Part shown: piece after piece, positions 19,707 to 29,254 of the stretch
How the letters are laid out: each line of letters starts with the position of its first letter
Position numbering within the stretch: position 1 is the first letter of the stretch
NCBI GenBank assembly: GCA_049700835.1
Contig: JBNAUL010000002.1
Span: 1 to 64,000, forward strand
DNA: 64,000 nt
Direction of reading: 5' to 3'
Origin: Candidatus Woesearchaeota archaeon
GTDB lineage: Archaea > Nanobdellota > Nanobdellia > Woesearchaeales > WAPY01
The notes under the pieces: generated by a model
Databases searched by the model: none
What the model was told of the DNA's origin: nothing
What the model saw: the letters and a program-made list of their open reading frames with translations, nothing else
Made by a program: the position numbers and the translations under genes

Positions 19707-20255
19707 ATGAAAACTCAAAAAAACATAAACGGATACAAGTTGGAGAAATTCGTTGAGGAGCTTTACAAGGAGTTAGGTTATTTGGATGTAAAGAGGAACA
19801 ACATCATAAAAAAGGGCAGTGAGTGGTATCAGATAGATCTTTCATACTTGAAGTTGGAAAACAATCTTATGAAAAGGATGCTCGTGGAAATTAAGTATAA
19901 AGACGATGAAAGAAAGGTTGAATTAGAAGAGGTCTCAAAATTTTGCAGCGTTTTGGAACTTATAGGGCATGATGCAAGAAATTCAGAGTTCGTAACAAAC
20001 TCATATTTTTCAGAAAGGGCAAAATTGTATGCAGAGAGAAAGGGCATAAGGATGATTGATGGAGCTTGTCTAAACGAACTTGCAATGAAAGCAGGAGAAA
20101 ATAATTGGGTGGAGAAGGCAATAGCGGGTTATTACAGGATTAAATCATTTTTAAGCAATCTCAAGCAAGGAAAGATTTTCAATGCCCTAAATTCTCTTTC
20201 GAGCCCACAGTACAAGGGTAATCTTGACGAGCAGATAAAAAAGGTTGTTTTTTGA
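19707..20255 (+). CDS. Mrr-like restriction endonuclease (PD-(D/E)XK)
   Basis: GYKLEKFVEELYKELGY…QIDL…LVEIKY…FVTNSYFS…GIRMIDG, the Mrr_cat pattern. Confidence 0.85.
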   Translation: MKTQKNINGYKLEKFVEELYKELGYLDVKRNNIIKKGSEWYQIDLSYLKLENNLMKRMLVEIKYKDDERKVELEEVSKFCSVLELIGHDARNSEFVTNSYFSERAKLYAERKGIRMIDGACLNELAMKAGENNWVEKAIAGYYRIKSFLSNLKQGKIFNALNSLSSPQYKGNLDEQIKKVVF

Positions 20256-20305
20256 TTGATTGTTTGATTGAAATTTAAAAAATGAAAATTTCAAAGGGGG
20301 TAAAA

Positions 20306-21343
20306 ATGGAGGAAAAACAAAAAATAGAATTTGGATTGGAATCAAAAGTAGAGGAAATTCCTGACATCGGGCAACTTAGGGAATGGCAGGAAACTCAGTT
20401 TTTTATAGAGGGAGCATACGACCCGAAGTCGCTCAAGGGAAAACTTAGAGAGATAAACAGGGCAATACTGACTGAATACTACGGCAAAATAAGCAATGAT
20501 TTTATAAGAAACATTGCAGTGAAATTCGCGCAGTTCAGAGGATGGGACTACTCTAAAGTATACGAGGCTGTAAACAAGGAAGTGGAAACATTGGTAGAAA
20601 GCGAAAACAGGAAATTGAAGCAAATGCAGTTGTACTATTATTCATTGAAGGACCAAATACATTACCAAAGGAAAGAGATAACGAAAAAGGGCCAGGATTT
20701 AAGAGTTTATAAGCAGAACACCCACTTGACAGAAGAGGAAATAAATGACATAGACAGAATATTGATGTACAAAAAGGGGGGAATTCAGGAGGAAAAGCTA
20801 GAACTGAAATTTCTTAGTCCTGATTTCCTGAATTACAGCGTTTCGCAGTTGATTGATGAGAAAGAAAAGAGATGCAGAATCGTTGATAACGCAGACATGA
20901 AAATAAGCCAAATAGAATATGAAATCAACAAGATTGGACAGAAAATCAGCGAACTTGAAGATTCTGCTAGGATGTGGGAGATAGCAATAAACAAGAAAAA
21001 AGAATTTTTGGTCAATGCGTATGCAATAAAATCAATTTATGCATCAAGAGAATTTGCAAAAGCGCTTGAAGGCATCATAAACATGGGAATAGACCATGAA
21101 AAGGTAGCTGAAAAAATAGAACAGCAATCAAAGATTATAAGCGGGCAATTGAGCGTCAGCGATTTGGCAAAAGAGGCAATACACCTGACTAATCCTAATT
21201 TAACCAGCGCAGAGGTGGTTGAATCCCATCAAGCATTAAGCAAAGAACTTGAAGCAGAAAGGAATAAGCAGAACAAGAACTCAGCAAAGTTATCCACAAG
21301 GGCAGAGGGTTATTTGGAAAAATACGCTTATTCAACATTTTAA
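20306..21343 (+). CDS. Coiled-coil protein, C-terminal half weakly PspA/IM30-like
   Basis: GGGGGT SD; long heptad helices; KISELED…KKKEFL…A…GID…AEKIEQQ resembles the PspA alpha2-alpha4 pattern. Confidence 0.6.
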   Translation: MEEKQKIEFGLESKVEEIPDIGQLREWQETQFFIEGAYDPKSLKGKLREINRAILTEYYGKISNDFIRNIAVKFAQFRGWDYSKVYEAVNKEVETLVESENRKLKQMQLYYYSLKDQIHYQRKEITKKGQDLRVYKQNTHLTEEEINDIDRILMYKKGGIQEEKLELKFLSPDFLNYSVSQLIDEKEKRCRIVDNADMKISQIEYEINKIGQKISELEDSARMWEIAINKKKEFLVNAYAIKSIYASREFAKALEGIINMGIDHEKVAEKIEQQSKIISGQLSVSDLAKEAIHLTNPNLTSAEVVESHQALSKELEAERNKQNKNSAKLSTRAEGYLEKYAYSTF

Positions 21344-21414
21344 ATCTGTTTTATTATTTTTATTTCTCTTTTTGATCTATTTAGATTTTCCTGAATTTAA
21401 AAAGAGGCAGCAGT

Positions 21415-22842
21415 ATGTCTGAGCTAAAAATAACAAACACGGAATTGAGAATAGCTGAGAAAGAACTTGAGACCAGGTTAGAGTTCAGTTATAACATAAA
21501 GGAAAAGATAAAGGGCGTGGCAAAGTATCAAGGAAAAGACGATTCAACATTGGACAAAATAACTTCATCAATCTATGGTTTTTTCTCGCTTATGCAAGCG
21601 TTGAGAACCAATTTGATTGATAGATCTTATCCAAAACTTAATTCTCTTGTTTATTCAATGTTTATAAGCGCTCAGTACGGCGAGAAAATATTGAACTATG
21701 GACAAAAGAATTTTTACGAACTAACCAACATATTTAGCCCTAACATAATAAACTTTGAGCAGGAATACCCTTATTTAAGAAACAATCTCATGGAATTATA
21801 CGCATGCAACATTGAATCAAGGAAGAATTATGACATAGAAATACTAACTCAGCAATTCTATGAATGGATAAAAAACAAGAGCATTTCAAAGAAGGAAACA
21901 TTGAATTCTGATTTTTCAATTTTAGAATCCCTTGTAATAAAAATAGAAGGAGTCAAAAAAACATTCAGTTTCAACGGAGGAACATCAGCAACAATAGTTT
22001 CTGAACATGAAAAATCTGCTTCATGGGAAGATTTTGGGGGCTATGAGGAGCAGGTTGAGTATTTTAAGCAGTTATGTTATCTGGCAGAGAATTATGAACA
22101 TGCTGCAAACCACATTCCAATTGAAAAACTCTTTCCAAGCGGAATACTTTTGGCAGGGCCTCCTGGAACAGGAAAAACAATGCTCGCAAAACTCTTCTGC
22201 CAAAAATCAAAAGCTCCATACACAATGCTTGGAGTGAGCGAGATAGGTTCAACCTATGTTTTTGGAGCAGCCATAAAATTGCAAAAAAAATTTGATGAGG
22301 CAGCCCAAAAAATAATAAAGGAAGGGCATAAAATCTCGATACTTTACATCGATGAATTGGACACGATTGCTCCTAAAAGAGGGCTTACTAACAACGAGGA
22401 AAAGGACAATTTAGTGGCAACTTTCAACTATAATATGGATGGGCACCTTAAAGTTCCTGGAGTTATTGTTATTGCATCCACAAACAGAATCGACATGATA
22501 GACCCAGCACTCTTGAGACCTGGAAGGTTTGAGAAGATAATTCATCTTTGGTATCCTGACAAGGAAACAGTCAAAAAAATATTCGCAGCCCAGATAAACT
22601 CAAGGAAAAAAATGGTAAAGGAACATCCTTACACGAATGGAATTGAAATTTCTGATTTTGTGGACAAATACTTCAATGAGGAGGTTAAAATGAGCGGCGC
22701 ATTCATAAATCAGCTCCTGAACGACACTGAAAAGAGGAAGTTGATGCAGCACTTGAAGGAAGGGAAGGATTTTATAATAACAATAAAAGATATTGAAGAA
22801 ACCTATAAAAATTATTTAAGCAATAAAAACATTGCAAGTTAA
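21415..22842 (+). CDS. Classical AAA+ ATPase (single module) with unrecognised N-terminal domain
   Basis: GILLAGPPGTGKT, LYIDELD, ASTNRIDMIDPALLRPGRF (second region of homology); pore loop STYV. Confidence 0.92.
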   Translation: MSELKITNTELRIAEKELETRLEFSYNIKEKIKGVAKYQGKDDSTLDKITSSIYGFFSLMQALRTNLIDRSYPKLNSLVYSMFISAQYGEKILNYGQKNFYELTNIFSPNIINFEQEYPYLRNNLMELYACNIESRKNYDIEILTQQFYEWIKNKSISKKETLNSDFSILESLVIKIEGVKKTFSFNGGTSATIVSEHEKSASWEDFGGYEEQVEYFKQLCYLAENYEHAANHIPIEKLFPSGILLAGPPGTGKTMLAKLFCQKSKAPYTMLGVSEIGSTYVFGAAIKLQKKFDEAAQKIIKEGHKISILYIDELDTIAPKRGLTNNEEKDNLVATFNYNMDGHLKVPGVIVIASTNRIDMIDPALLRPGRFEKIIHLWYPDKETVKKIFAAQINSRKKMVKEHPYTNGIEISDFVDKYFNEEVKMSGAFINQLLNDTEKRKLMQHLKEGKDFIITIKDIEETYKNYLSNKNIAS

Positions 22843-22855
22843 AACCAGGTTTAAA

Positions 22856-24763
22856 ATGGAAGATTTAGAATTGAGAATCATGGAAATTTGGAACAGAAAT
22901 ATGGAGAAAGTTGCAGGCATTGCAAAGAACAAGAACAATCTGCTTGCTGAATTTGAAAAATCTAAGAGGAGTGCTCTCACAGCAGGAGAAATAAACAGAT
23001 ACATAAAAATCAGGAACGAAATTAAAGAAACCATTAATGCAATTGAAGAACTTGCAGAAATAAAAGAGAGTACGCGCATAATTCCTTCATTTGAAACTGA
23101 CTACAACCTTTTAAAGGACCTAAAAGAAAAAGCAGAGGAAGCAAGAAGGCATATGCTGAATAAAATTAAAGAAAATTTTTATCGTTGCAATGAAGAGCTA
23201 AATAAGAATCTTAAAACCCAAAAATTTAAAGAAGCAAAAGAGCTCAGGAAGAAGATGAACTTGAATGCAGGTTTCTACAGGGCTCTGCTTAAACTTAATG
23301 ATGCTGAAGCAAAGGAAAAAAGAAAATCTATTTTTAAAAGGGAATCAAGAGCAGAAACAAAAGCAGAAAATTTTTTGATGAACTACTGCAATAACTTGAA
23401 AGAATACTATGCCATTCCAAGAAAAATAAGGGAAATCTCAAAGGATTATTTGAGCGTAAATTGGGATGAGAACAGCATAAATGTTTTAAGAGAGATTTAC
23501 GATGGCAATTTCGTCAGCAGATGGGGAATTGAGGACTTGCTTTCAAAAATCATAAGGTTGAATTTCATGGAATTTTTTCCAGAAGCAGAACGCCTGAAAA
23601 AGGAAATTTGGTTTTTTCTTCAAAAGCATTCGGACATAGTTCGACTAAAGACAGAACTTTTATCAAAACAGGAGCAGATGAAAAAGTCAATTCAAGAGAT
23701 CAGTGAGTTTTCAGAACCGAATGAACAGAAAATCATAAATTTGATTGAAGGCAAAAAAACAATTGTATGGGAAGCACAGAAGGAATTCTATTTTTTGGAT
23801 TACTTAAAGGATGAAGTTCAAAAATACGGAGAATTGAGGGTTTTGCTGGATTCAAAAATAAATGCAAAGATTAATGAATTCAAACTAAGAATTGAGGACG
23901 AACTGGCAAAAATAAAATCATACAAACTTAGTTTTCAAAGCATAGAAGCAGATGACAAAGAACTATCTGAAAAAATATCTCAATTCAGGAACCTTGAAAG
24001 AATTGCTTATATTATTAAGAGTAATTTTGGAACTGATATAAAAGGATTGAAAGAAGCAAATAAGGAGTTGAACGATTACCTGAACAAAATAATGACTGCT
24101 AAACAGAGGATTATGGAAATTTCAAAGGAGATGGAAAAAATAAAAATCTGTTTTGAAGAGCTCTTAAAATCAAAGGAAAAAACAGAAATAATAAAGTTCG
24201 AAAACGAGCTTGACATAAAGGAACAAGAGTATAAAAGATTGCGTAATGAACCTTATTTCATCTCAGCATCAGGCCAAGCATTGGAGCATATCTCTAGCAT
24301 AAGGCATTCTGTTCAAAAACTTAAATCCTTTATAGAAAATGAGGATAAAAACAAGAGCAACAAGAGCGAACTTGAAGCTCTCATAAAAGAATTTAGAAGG
24401 AATTCTTCAGTAAATAAGAATGAAAATGTTTCAAGGGTTTTAATAAATCCTTATCTCTACTTCAGCAGTTTGGGTCCTACACCAAATCCAGACCTATTTT
24501 CTATTAGAGAAGAGCTTTTAAATTTTAGCATAAAAAACATAGATGAAACAGTTGAAAAGGTCTATAATCTAATTAAGAACATGAAAGAACTTAGATTACA
24601 TTCAGATTGCAATTATTTCAATAGAATGGTTGAGGGCTACAAAACATTATTAAATTCTTATGCTTCGCGGATAGTGCTTGACGAGAACACAAAAGAAAAG
24701 TTCAGCAAAACTTTAAGCTTAATGAATCAAATTCTTGAAAGGGCAAGGAATGCAATAGAATAA
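22856..24763 (+). CDS. Large all-helical coiled-coil hypothetical protein
   Basis: About 635 aa, E/K/L/I-rich; starts 13 bp after the AAA stop codon. Confidence 0.75.
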   Translation: MEDLELRIMEIWNRNMEKVAGIAKNKNNLLAEFEKSKRSALTAGEINRYIKIRNEIKETINAIEELAEIKESTRIIPSFETDYNLLKDLKEKAEEARRHMLNKIKENFYRCNEELNKNLKTQKFKEAKELRKKMNLNAGFYRALLKLNDAEAKEKRKSIFKRESRAETKAENFLMNYCNNLKEYYAIPRKIREISKDYLSVNWDENSINVLREIYDGNFVSRWGIEDLLSKIIRLNFMEFFPEAERLKKEIWFFLQKHSDIVRLKTELLSKQEQMKKSIQEISEFSEPNEQKIINLIEGKKTIVWEAQKEFYFLDYLKDEVQKYGELRVLLDSKINAKINEFKLRIEDELAKIKSYKLSFQSIEADDKELSEKISQFRNLERIAYIIKSNFGTDIKGLKEANKELNDYLNKIMTAKQRIMEISKEMEKIKICFEELLKSKEKTEIIKFENELDIKEQEYKRLRNEPYFISASGQALEHISSIRHSVQKLKSFIENEDKNKSNKSELEALIKEFRRNSSVNKNENVSRVLINPYLYFSSLGPTPNPDLFSIREELLNFSIKNIDETVEKVYNLIKNMKELRLHSDCNYFNRMVEGYKTLLNSYASRIVLDENTKEKFSKTLSLMNQILERARNAIE

Positions 24764-24858
24764 AACCAAATAGAATCAAACCAAAAAAACAATTTTATTC
24801 TCTATTTAGTGATAAAAAAACAAAAAAATTTATAAATCTCGTGTTTTTATTCATTCTT

Positions 24859-27207
24859 ATGGACATAGGACAAAGAGAAGAATACGATAAGAAAATACTG
24901 ATGGAATGCATCAGCGATTTACTTAAAACAAGCAGAATGAAAGAAGAAGGAAAGCATCTGCCGTTAAAAAACATAAAGCAAAAAAATGGGATAGATATTG
25001 GAATTATAGGTTACGGAAAACTTGCAGAAAAAACCATCTCTTACTTGTCGCAACTAAATCACCTACAAATAGGAGAGCCAATAAATGAGATAATTGTTCT
25101 GACAACAGACGAAAAGTATTCTGACCTTGAAAAAAAGGAGAAAGAAATTTCAGCAGAGAACAAAATAAAGATAAGGCCTGTTCTTTACAAGAATGATTCA
25201 ATGTCAGAGTACAGAGATTTTTCAAAAATAAAAGAACTTCTAAAAGCAGACATGATTTTAGTTACTGCAGGGAATGACCCAAAAAATGCTATTTCAAGAG
25301 AGGAATGCATTAATGCAAATCTTCCATTGATAAAAGAAATTGGAAAAAATTTAATGGGTTACAATGGCTTGGTTTTAGTAGCAACGAACCCAGTTGATAT
25401 AATGACTTATGCATTGGCTTCTTCTTCAAAACTTCCATATGATCAAGTTGTTGGGCTGACACAGACAGACACGAACAGATTCAAGTACTACCTTTCAAAA
25501 TATTTTAACATTCCAATGGAAAACATTACTGCTTTTGTGATAGGAGCCCACAACGATACAATGGTTCCATTGCTTTCATATGTAAAAACAAATGGAATAA
25601 GCCTTTTGGATATAATCAGCAATGAAAAATCATTGAAGGATGTAAGAGACATGACAATGGATGTAAGAGACATGACAAGGGACTACGGGCTTTTTTTCAA
25701 AAAAGAAGGAAAAACTCCTATTGACAGCCCTGCAAAGTCGCTTGTTGATACAATAATTGCTGCAGTAAAAGGACTTGGATTGGAAGAAAACGAGATAGTT
25801 ACAACCTCACGATATCACAAAGAGGACGGGATTTTTATAGGAGATGTCACGCTTTTTAAGAATAAACTCCCTGGTTATGACTTATTTGGATTTATAAGAG
25901 TTCTTTTTGAAAAAGAGTATGACTTAAAATTGAGCAAAGAAGAACTCTTAAAATTCAAAAATTCAAAAGAATATGTTAAGAGAACAATCGAGGATTTAAT
26001 AAAACAGCATCATATAGAACCAAACATAACAGAGGTTACAGATCAGACAATAAAGGAAGGTTATGAAAAGTTAATCAGAGAATTGATTTCTGAAAATCAG
26101 GGAAAACAAAACTTAGAAATCATCGAATTGATTGGAGAAAGAAAAGAAAATGAATTTCCTTACAATTTGGATATCATACTCTCTTTTGTAAATGAGGCCT
26201 TGAGGATAAATACAAAAACAAGATCTTTAATACCATTTAAAGAAATCAAAGGAGCGCGCTCAATGAACATCACCCCAGACAAAAAAAAATTGGTTTTCGG
26301 ATGCAAGAATACGATAAGAATATACGATGCTGACACTTTCAAAGAGATTTTGGAAGTTTCTGTAATGCCTAAAATAGAAGAATCTTGCGAAAACAAAAAG
26401 GAAAAACTAGGATTAAACTCAGTTGAATTGATAAGTTTAGACCAAACCCACTATGTTATTTACGCAGCCCGTTCCAACTCAGGAATATTCCAATTTTCCA
26501 TAAAAGATAAAAATATTTTTGATGGAAAAGAGAAGAGGATTGCGCCAAATCAAGAAAAGATTTTGCAAAAAATTACTGAGAATGCAGATCATATTGGGCC
26601 TTTAAAATTCATTCAATGCAATAACAAGGAAAAATCAGAGAACCTTGGTATGCTCTATGCAGCAGTTGATTACATGATTTTGGAATGCGCTCTGAAAAAA
26701 AATCTTGAAACAATTTTGAATTATAAATATGCTACTAACTCATCAAGGGTAAGAAATTTCAAAATTAAAAACAATTATTTAGTCTCCCAAGATAGGGCAG
26801 ACAGAATTGTAGTTTACAACCTTGAATCGAAGAGAATGACAGGAAATTACTATTCAGACAACATTCAAAACATTGAAGCACTTAGTTACGGTTCAGGACT
26901 ATTGCTCGCTTTGAAAAGCACTGAAGGGATTGAACTCTTAAGCTTTGAAGAGCAAAATTATTTCAAAAAGCTTGGAAGTTTTGAACATCCTGAATGCAAT
27001 CTGCTCTTAAAGCTTGCCAAGAAAGGTAATAGTGCAATAATGCTTTTTGCTCTGTCAAACTCAATACTTGCAGCATATCTAATTTCAAAAGATTATTTTA
27101 GAAATCCAATATCTGAAAATAGAGTAAGTGCAAGCTACTTTAACCTGCCGATAGAGATAAACAATAAACTCTTTACAGATGCTGCAATCATTTTAAGAGA
27201 ATTCTAA
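24859..27207 (+). CDS. Lactate/malate dehydrogenase-family domain fused to a probable WD40-like beta-propeller
   Basis: IGIIGYG, ILVTAG…SREECINAN, VATNPVDIMTY, TDTNRF and VIGAHND; C-terminal beta repeats such as SMNITPDKKKLVFGCKNTIRIYDADT and LVSQDRADRIVVYNLES; own TTTATAAA at 24829. Confidence 0.8.
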   Translation: MDIGQREEYDKKILMECISDLLKTSRMKEEGKHLPLKNIKQKNGIDIGIIGYGKLAEKTISYLSQLNHLQIGEPINEIIVLTTDEKYSDLEKKEKEISAENKIKIRPVLYKNDSMSEYRDFSKIKELLKADMILVTAGNDPKNAISREECINANLPLIKEIGKNLMGYNGLVLVATNPVDIMTYALASSSKLPYDQVVGLTQTDTNRFKYYLSKYFNIPMENITAFVIGAHNDTMVPLLSYVKTNGISLLDIISNEKSLKDVRDMTMDVRDMTRDYGLFFKKEGKTPIDSPAKSLVDTIIAAVKGLGLEENEIVTTSRYHKEDGIFIGDVTLFKNKLPGYDLFGFIRVLFEKEYDLKLSKEELLKFKNSKEYVKRTIEDLIKQHHIEPNITEVTDQTIKEGYEKLIRELISENQGKQNLEIIELIGERKENEFPYNLDIILSFVNEALRINTKTRSLIPFKEIKGARSMNITPDKKKLVFGCKNTIRIYDADTFKEILEVSVMPKIEESCENKKEKLGLNSVELISLDQTHYVIYAARSNSGIFQFSIKDKNIFDGKEKRIAPNQEKILQKITENADHIGPLKFIQCNNKEKSENLGMLYAAVDYMILECALKKNLETILNYKYATNSSRVRNFKIKNNYLVSQDRADRIVVYNLESKRMTGNYYSDNIQNIEALSYGSGLLLALKSTEGIELLSFEEQNYFKKLGSFEHPECNLLLKLAKKGNSAIMLFALSNSILAAYLISKDYFRNPISENRVSASYFNLPIEINNKLFTDAAIILREF
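25638..25678 (+). repeat. In-frame 21-bp tandem duplication (DVRDMTM-DVRDMTR)
   Basis: GGATGTAAGAGACATGACAA occurs twice, 21 bp apart. Confidence 0.9.
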
Positions 27208-27305
27208 GGTATTTTAGAAAGAAATGATAATACATCTTTAATTTTTGTATTATTTTTGGTTTTATGCATTTTTATCATTTTGCTAATCTATAAATCTTTG
27301 AAGAT

Positions 27306-28295
27306 TTACTCTTTGATAATCTTAAGTTCATATTCCTTTTTGCCCATGCCGAATTTTTCAGCAGCACTTACCTGCTGCAGACCTGTTTTCTTGTTAAATT
27401 TTAAAAAAACATCCCCTTCATTGTTTTTTACAAGGTCATAGGATGCCTTATCTACTGCAACTCCATCTTTAGAGCACAAATAACCACAATCCCTTGCTAT
27501 TATTCCTTTAGGATCTTGCTCGCAATCACACTCTTTGGTAATTCTTTTTAAAATATTAATATAATAATATCTCTTGAATCTTGACTGCGCTGCAGAAGCT
27601 CCTTCTGCAAGAAGCACATCAAAATAATTAATCTTTGGTTTTATTGCTCCTGCAGGACAATTGTAAGCGCAATTTGAACACCCGTAGCACTCTTCAAATA
27701 TTGGCCTGCCATCAAATTTTATTCCGTTTATCGAACAACTTAGATAACAATTCTTTCATTTAGTGCAAAGTTCTTCTTTAAAAACAGGACTACCACCATC
27801 GTGGATCATTGATTTTGTTTTCTTTGTTAGAGCTCCCATCCCCAAGTTCTTAATGGCTCCTCCAAATCCAGAACAAGCATGACCCTTAAAATGGCTTATG
27901 ACCAAAACCCCTTCTGCGTCTGCAAGTTCTCTGCAAACCTCGTAAACCCTGTTTTCTCCTCTTACAGCAACAAATTCGCTGCTGCTTCTTACTTTTCCAA
28001 TCTTATCCCATCCTTTTCCTTCGTAACCATTATCTGTCCTTTAGGAGTTTTTCTTATGCTGTTGTAAGCAACAGAACTGTCAAAGAAAAAGAAATCAATA
28101 TTTAACTCTCTTAAAACATTAGTAAATGGTTTAATGTCTTCCGGTTTAAGAGCATATTCATTGTTTGGTTCTCCAAAATGAATTTTGACAGCAATTCTTT
28201 TGCAGTTTTTAAACTCTGATTTTATTTTTTTCTTCAGCAAATCAAGAAAGCTGCTTGAAAGTTCTCTTGAATAAATTACTTGAATAAATTACCTG
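27306..28295 (-). pseudogene. DUF362 / 4Fe-4S ferredoxin-domain protein pseudogene
   Basis: IAVKIHFGEP, ISHFKGH…GFGGAIKNLGMG, CxxCxxCxxxCP and ECDC…AVDKAS motifs. Broken by a frameshift near 28015, an in-frame TGA at 27756-27758 and a 13-bp duplication at the 5' end. Confidence 0.85.
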
Positions 28296-28309
28296 ATTAA
28301 TTATATGCT

Positions 28310-29134
28310 TCATGCCTTTTCATTTCTTTTCTCTTTTTTACCTAATTTTGTTAAACTCCACAAAAGCCAAAAGTATTTTCTGTAAGCGTCAGCCATCTTC
28401 TTGCTTTCTATCAGAATAACCAAAGGAACTTCATCCCAAATCCAAAATGAAACCTTGTTGTCATAAATTGTTGTTGTTGCAGGACTGTTGTACTCTTTTG
28501 GCAGATAATCTGCCTTTGTGTAAGGAAGCTTGTTAAGGTATGCTATTCTTTCTTTTGCGTTTTCATTGTATATGTGGATTTGGGTTATCCTTTTTGAAAT
28601 CCTTCTCTTATGATAATAATCTATGAAGTTTTTCATTCTCTTGCTTATGTCCTTTGGGCAACCAAATGTCAAAACAAAACCATTGTTCTCAACGCACCTT
28701 AGAATGTCCTCAGTCACTGCCTTTACTCCCTGAATTCCTTCCATTAGATGGGCAACATCCCTCTTCTCTGAAAATTTTTTCTTAAGAGAAAGCTCAGGGA
28801 TTATTTGATTAAGTTTTTCCTCTCTTTCTTTCATAACCTGCATTAAAGAAATTGGATCATTTGCTTCAAAATATTTTATCTTATTTTTTATTATGTAGCT
28901 TACAACTCCCTTTTCTATAAGCCTGTTCAATGCTTCATAAACATTTGTCCTGTGAACCTTGCTCTTATCTGCAATCTTTCCTGCTGTGGCAGAGCCGGTT
29001 TCCAGCAAACTGATATAAACTTTTATCTCATTCTTGCTAAAACCCAACTCCTCTAATACGCTTTCATACCTTTCCTTGTTTTCATCGTTGCATGAACTAT
29101 CAACTTCACATTCTTTGCTCATAACAGCATTCAT
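28310..29134 (-). CDS. TrmB family transcriptional regulator
   Basis: LEELGFSKNEIKVYISLL…VHRTNVYEALNRLIEKGVV HTH; C-terminal TIYDNKV effector domain. Confidence 0.9.
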   Translation of the reverse strand: MNAVMSKECEVDSSCNDENKERYESVLEELGFSKNEIKVYISLLETGSATAGKIADKSKVHRTNVYEALNRLIEKGVVSYIIKNKIKYFEANDPISLMQVMKEREEKLNQIIPELSLKKKFSEKRDVAHLMEGIQGVKAVTEDILRCVENNGFVLTFGCPKDISKRMKNFIDYYHKRRISKRITQIHIYNENAKERIAYLNKLPYTKADYLPKEYNSPATTTIYDNKVSFWIWDEVPLVILIESKKMADAYRKYFWLLWSLTKLGKKEKRNEKA

Positions 29135-29254
29135 AATGTTTGTTATTTATAAAATTTTTTATAAAAAACAAAATTTAAAAGCAAATAAAAAATTATGTTA
29201 TCACTTAACAGTAAGTTTTATATAGTAGTTGTTTCTCTGTTAATATAGGGCTAT

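Noticed and set aside
27756..27758. Selenocysteine or recoded TGA in the DUF362 gene
   Set aside because: The gene carries independent frameshift lesions, and TGA is an ordinary stop in many intact genes here.
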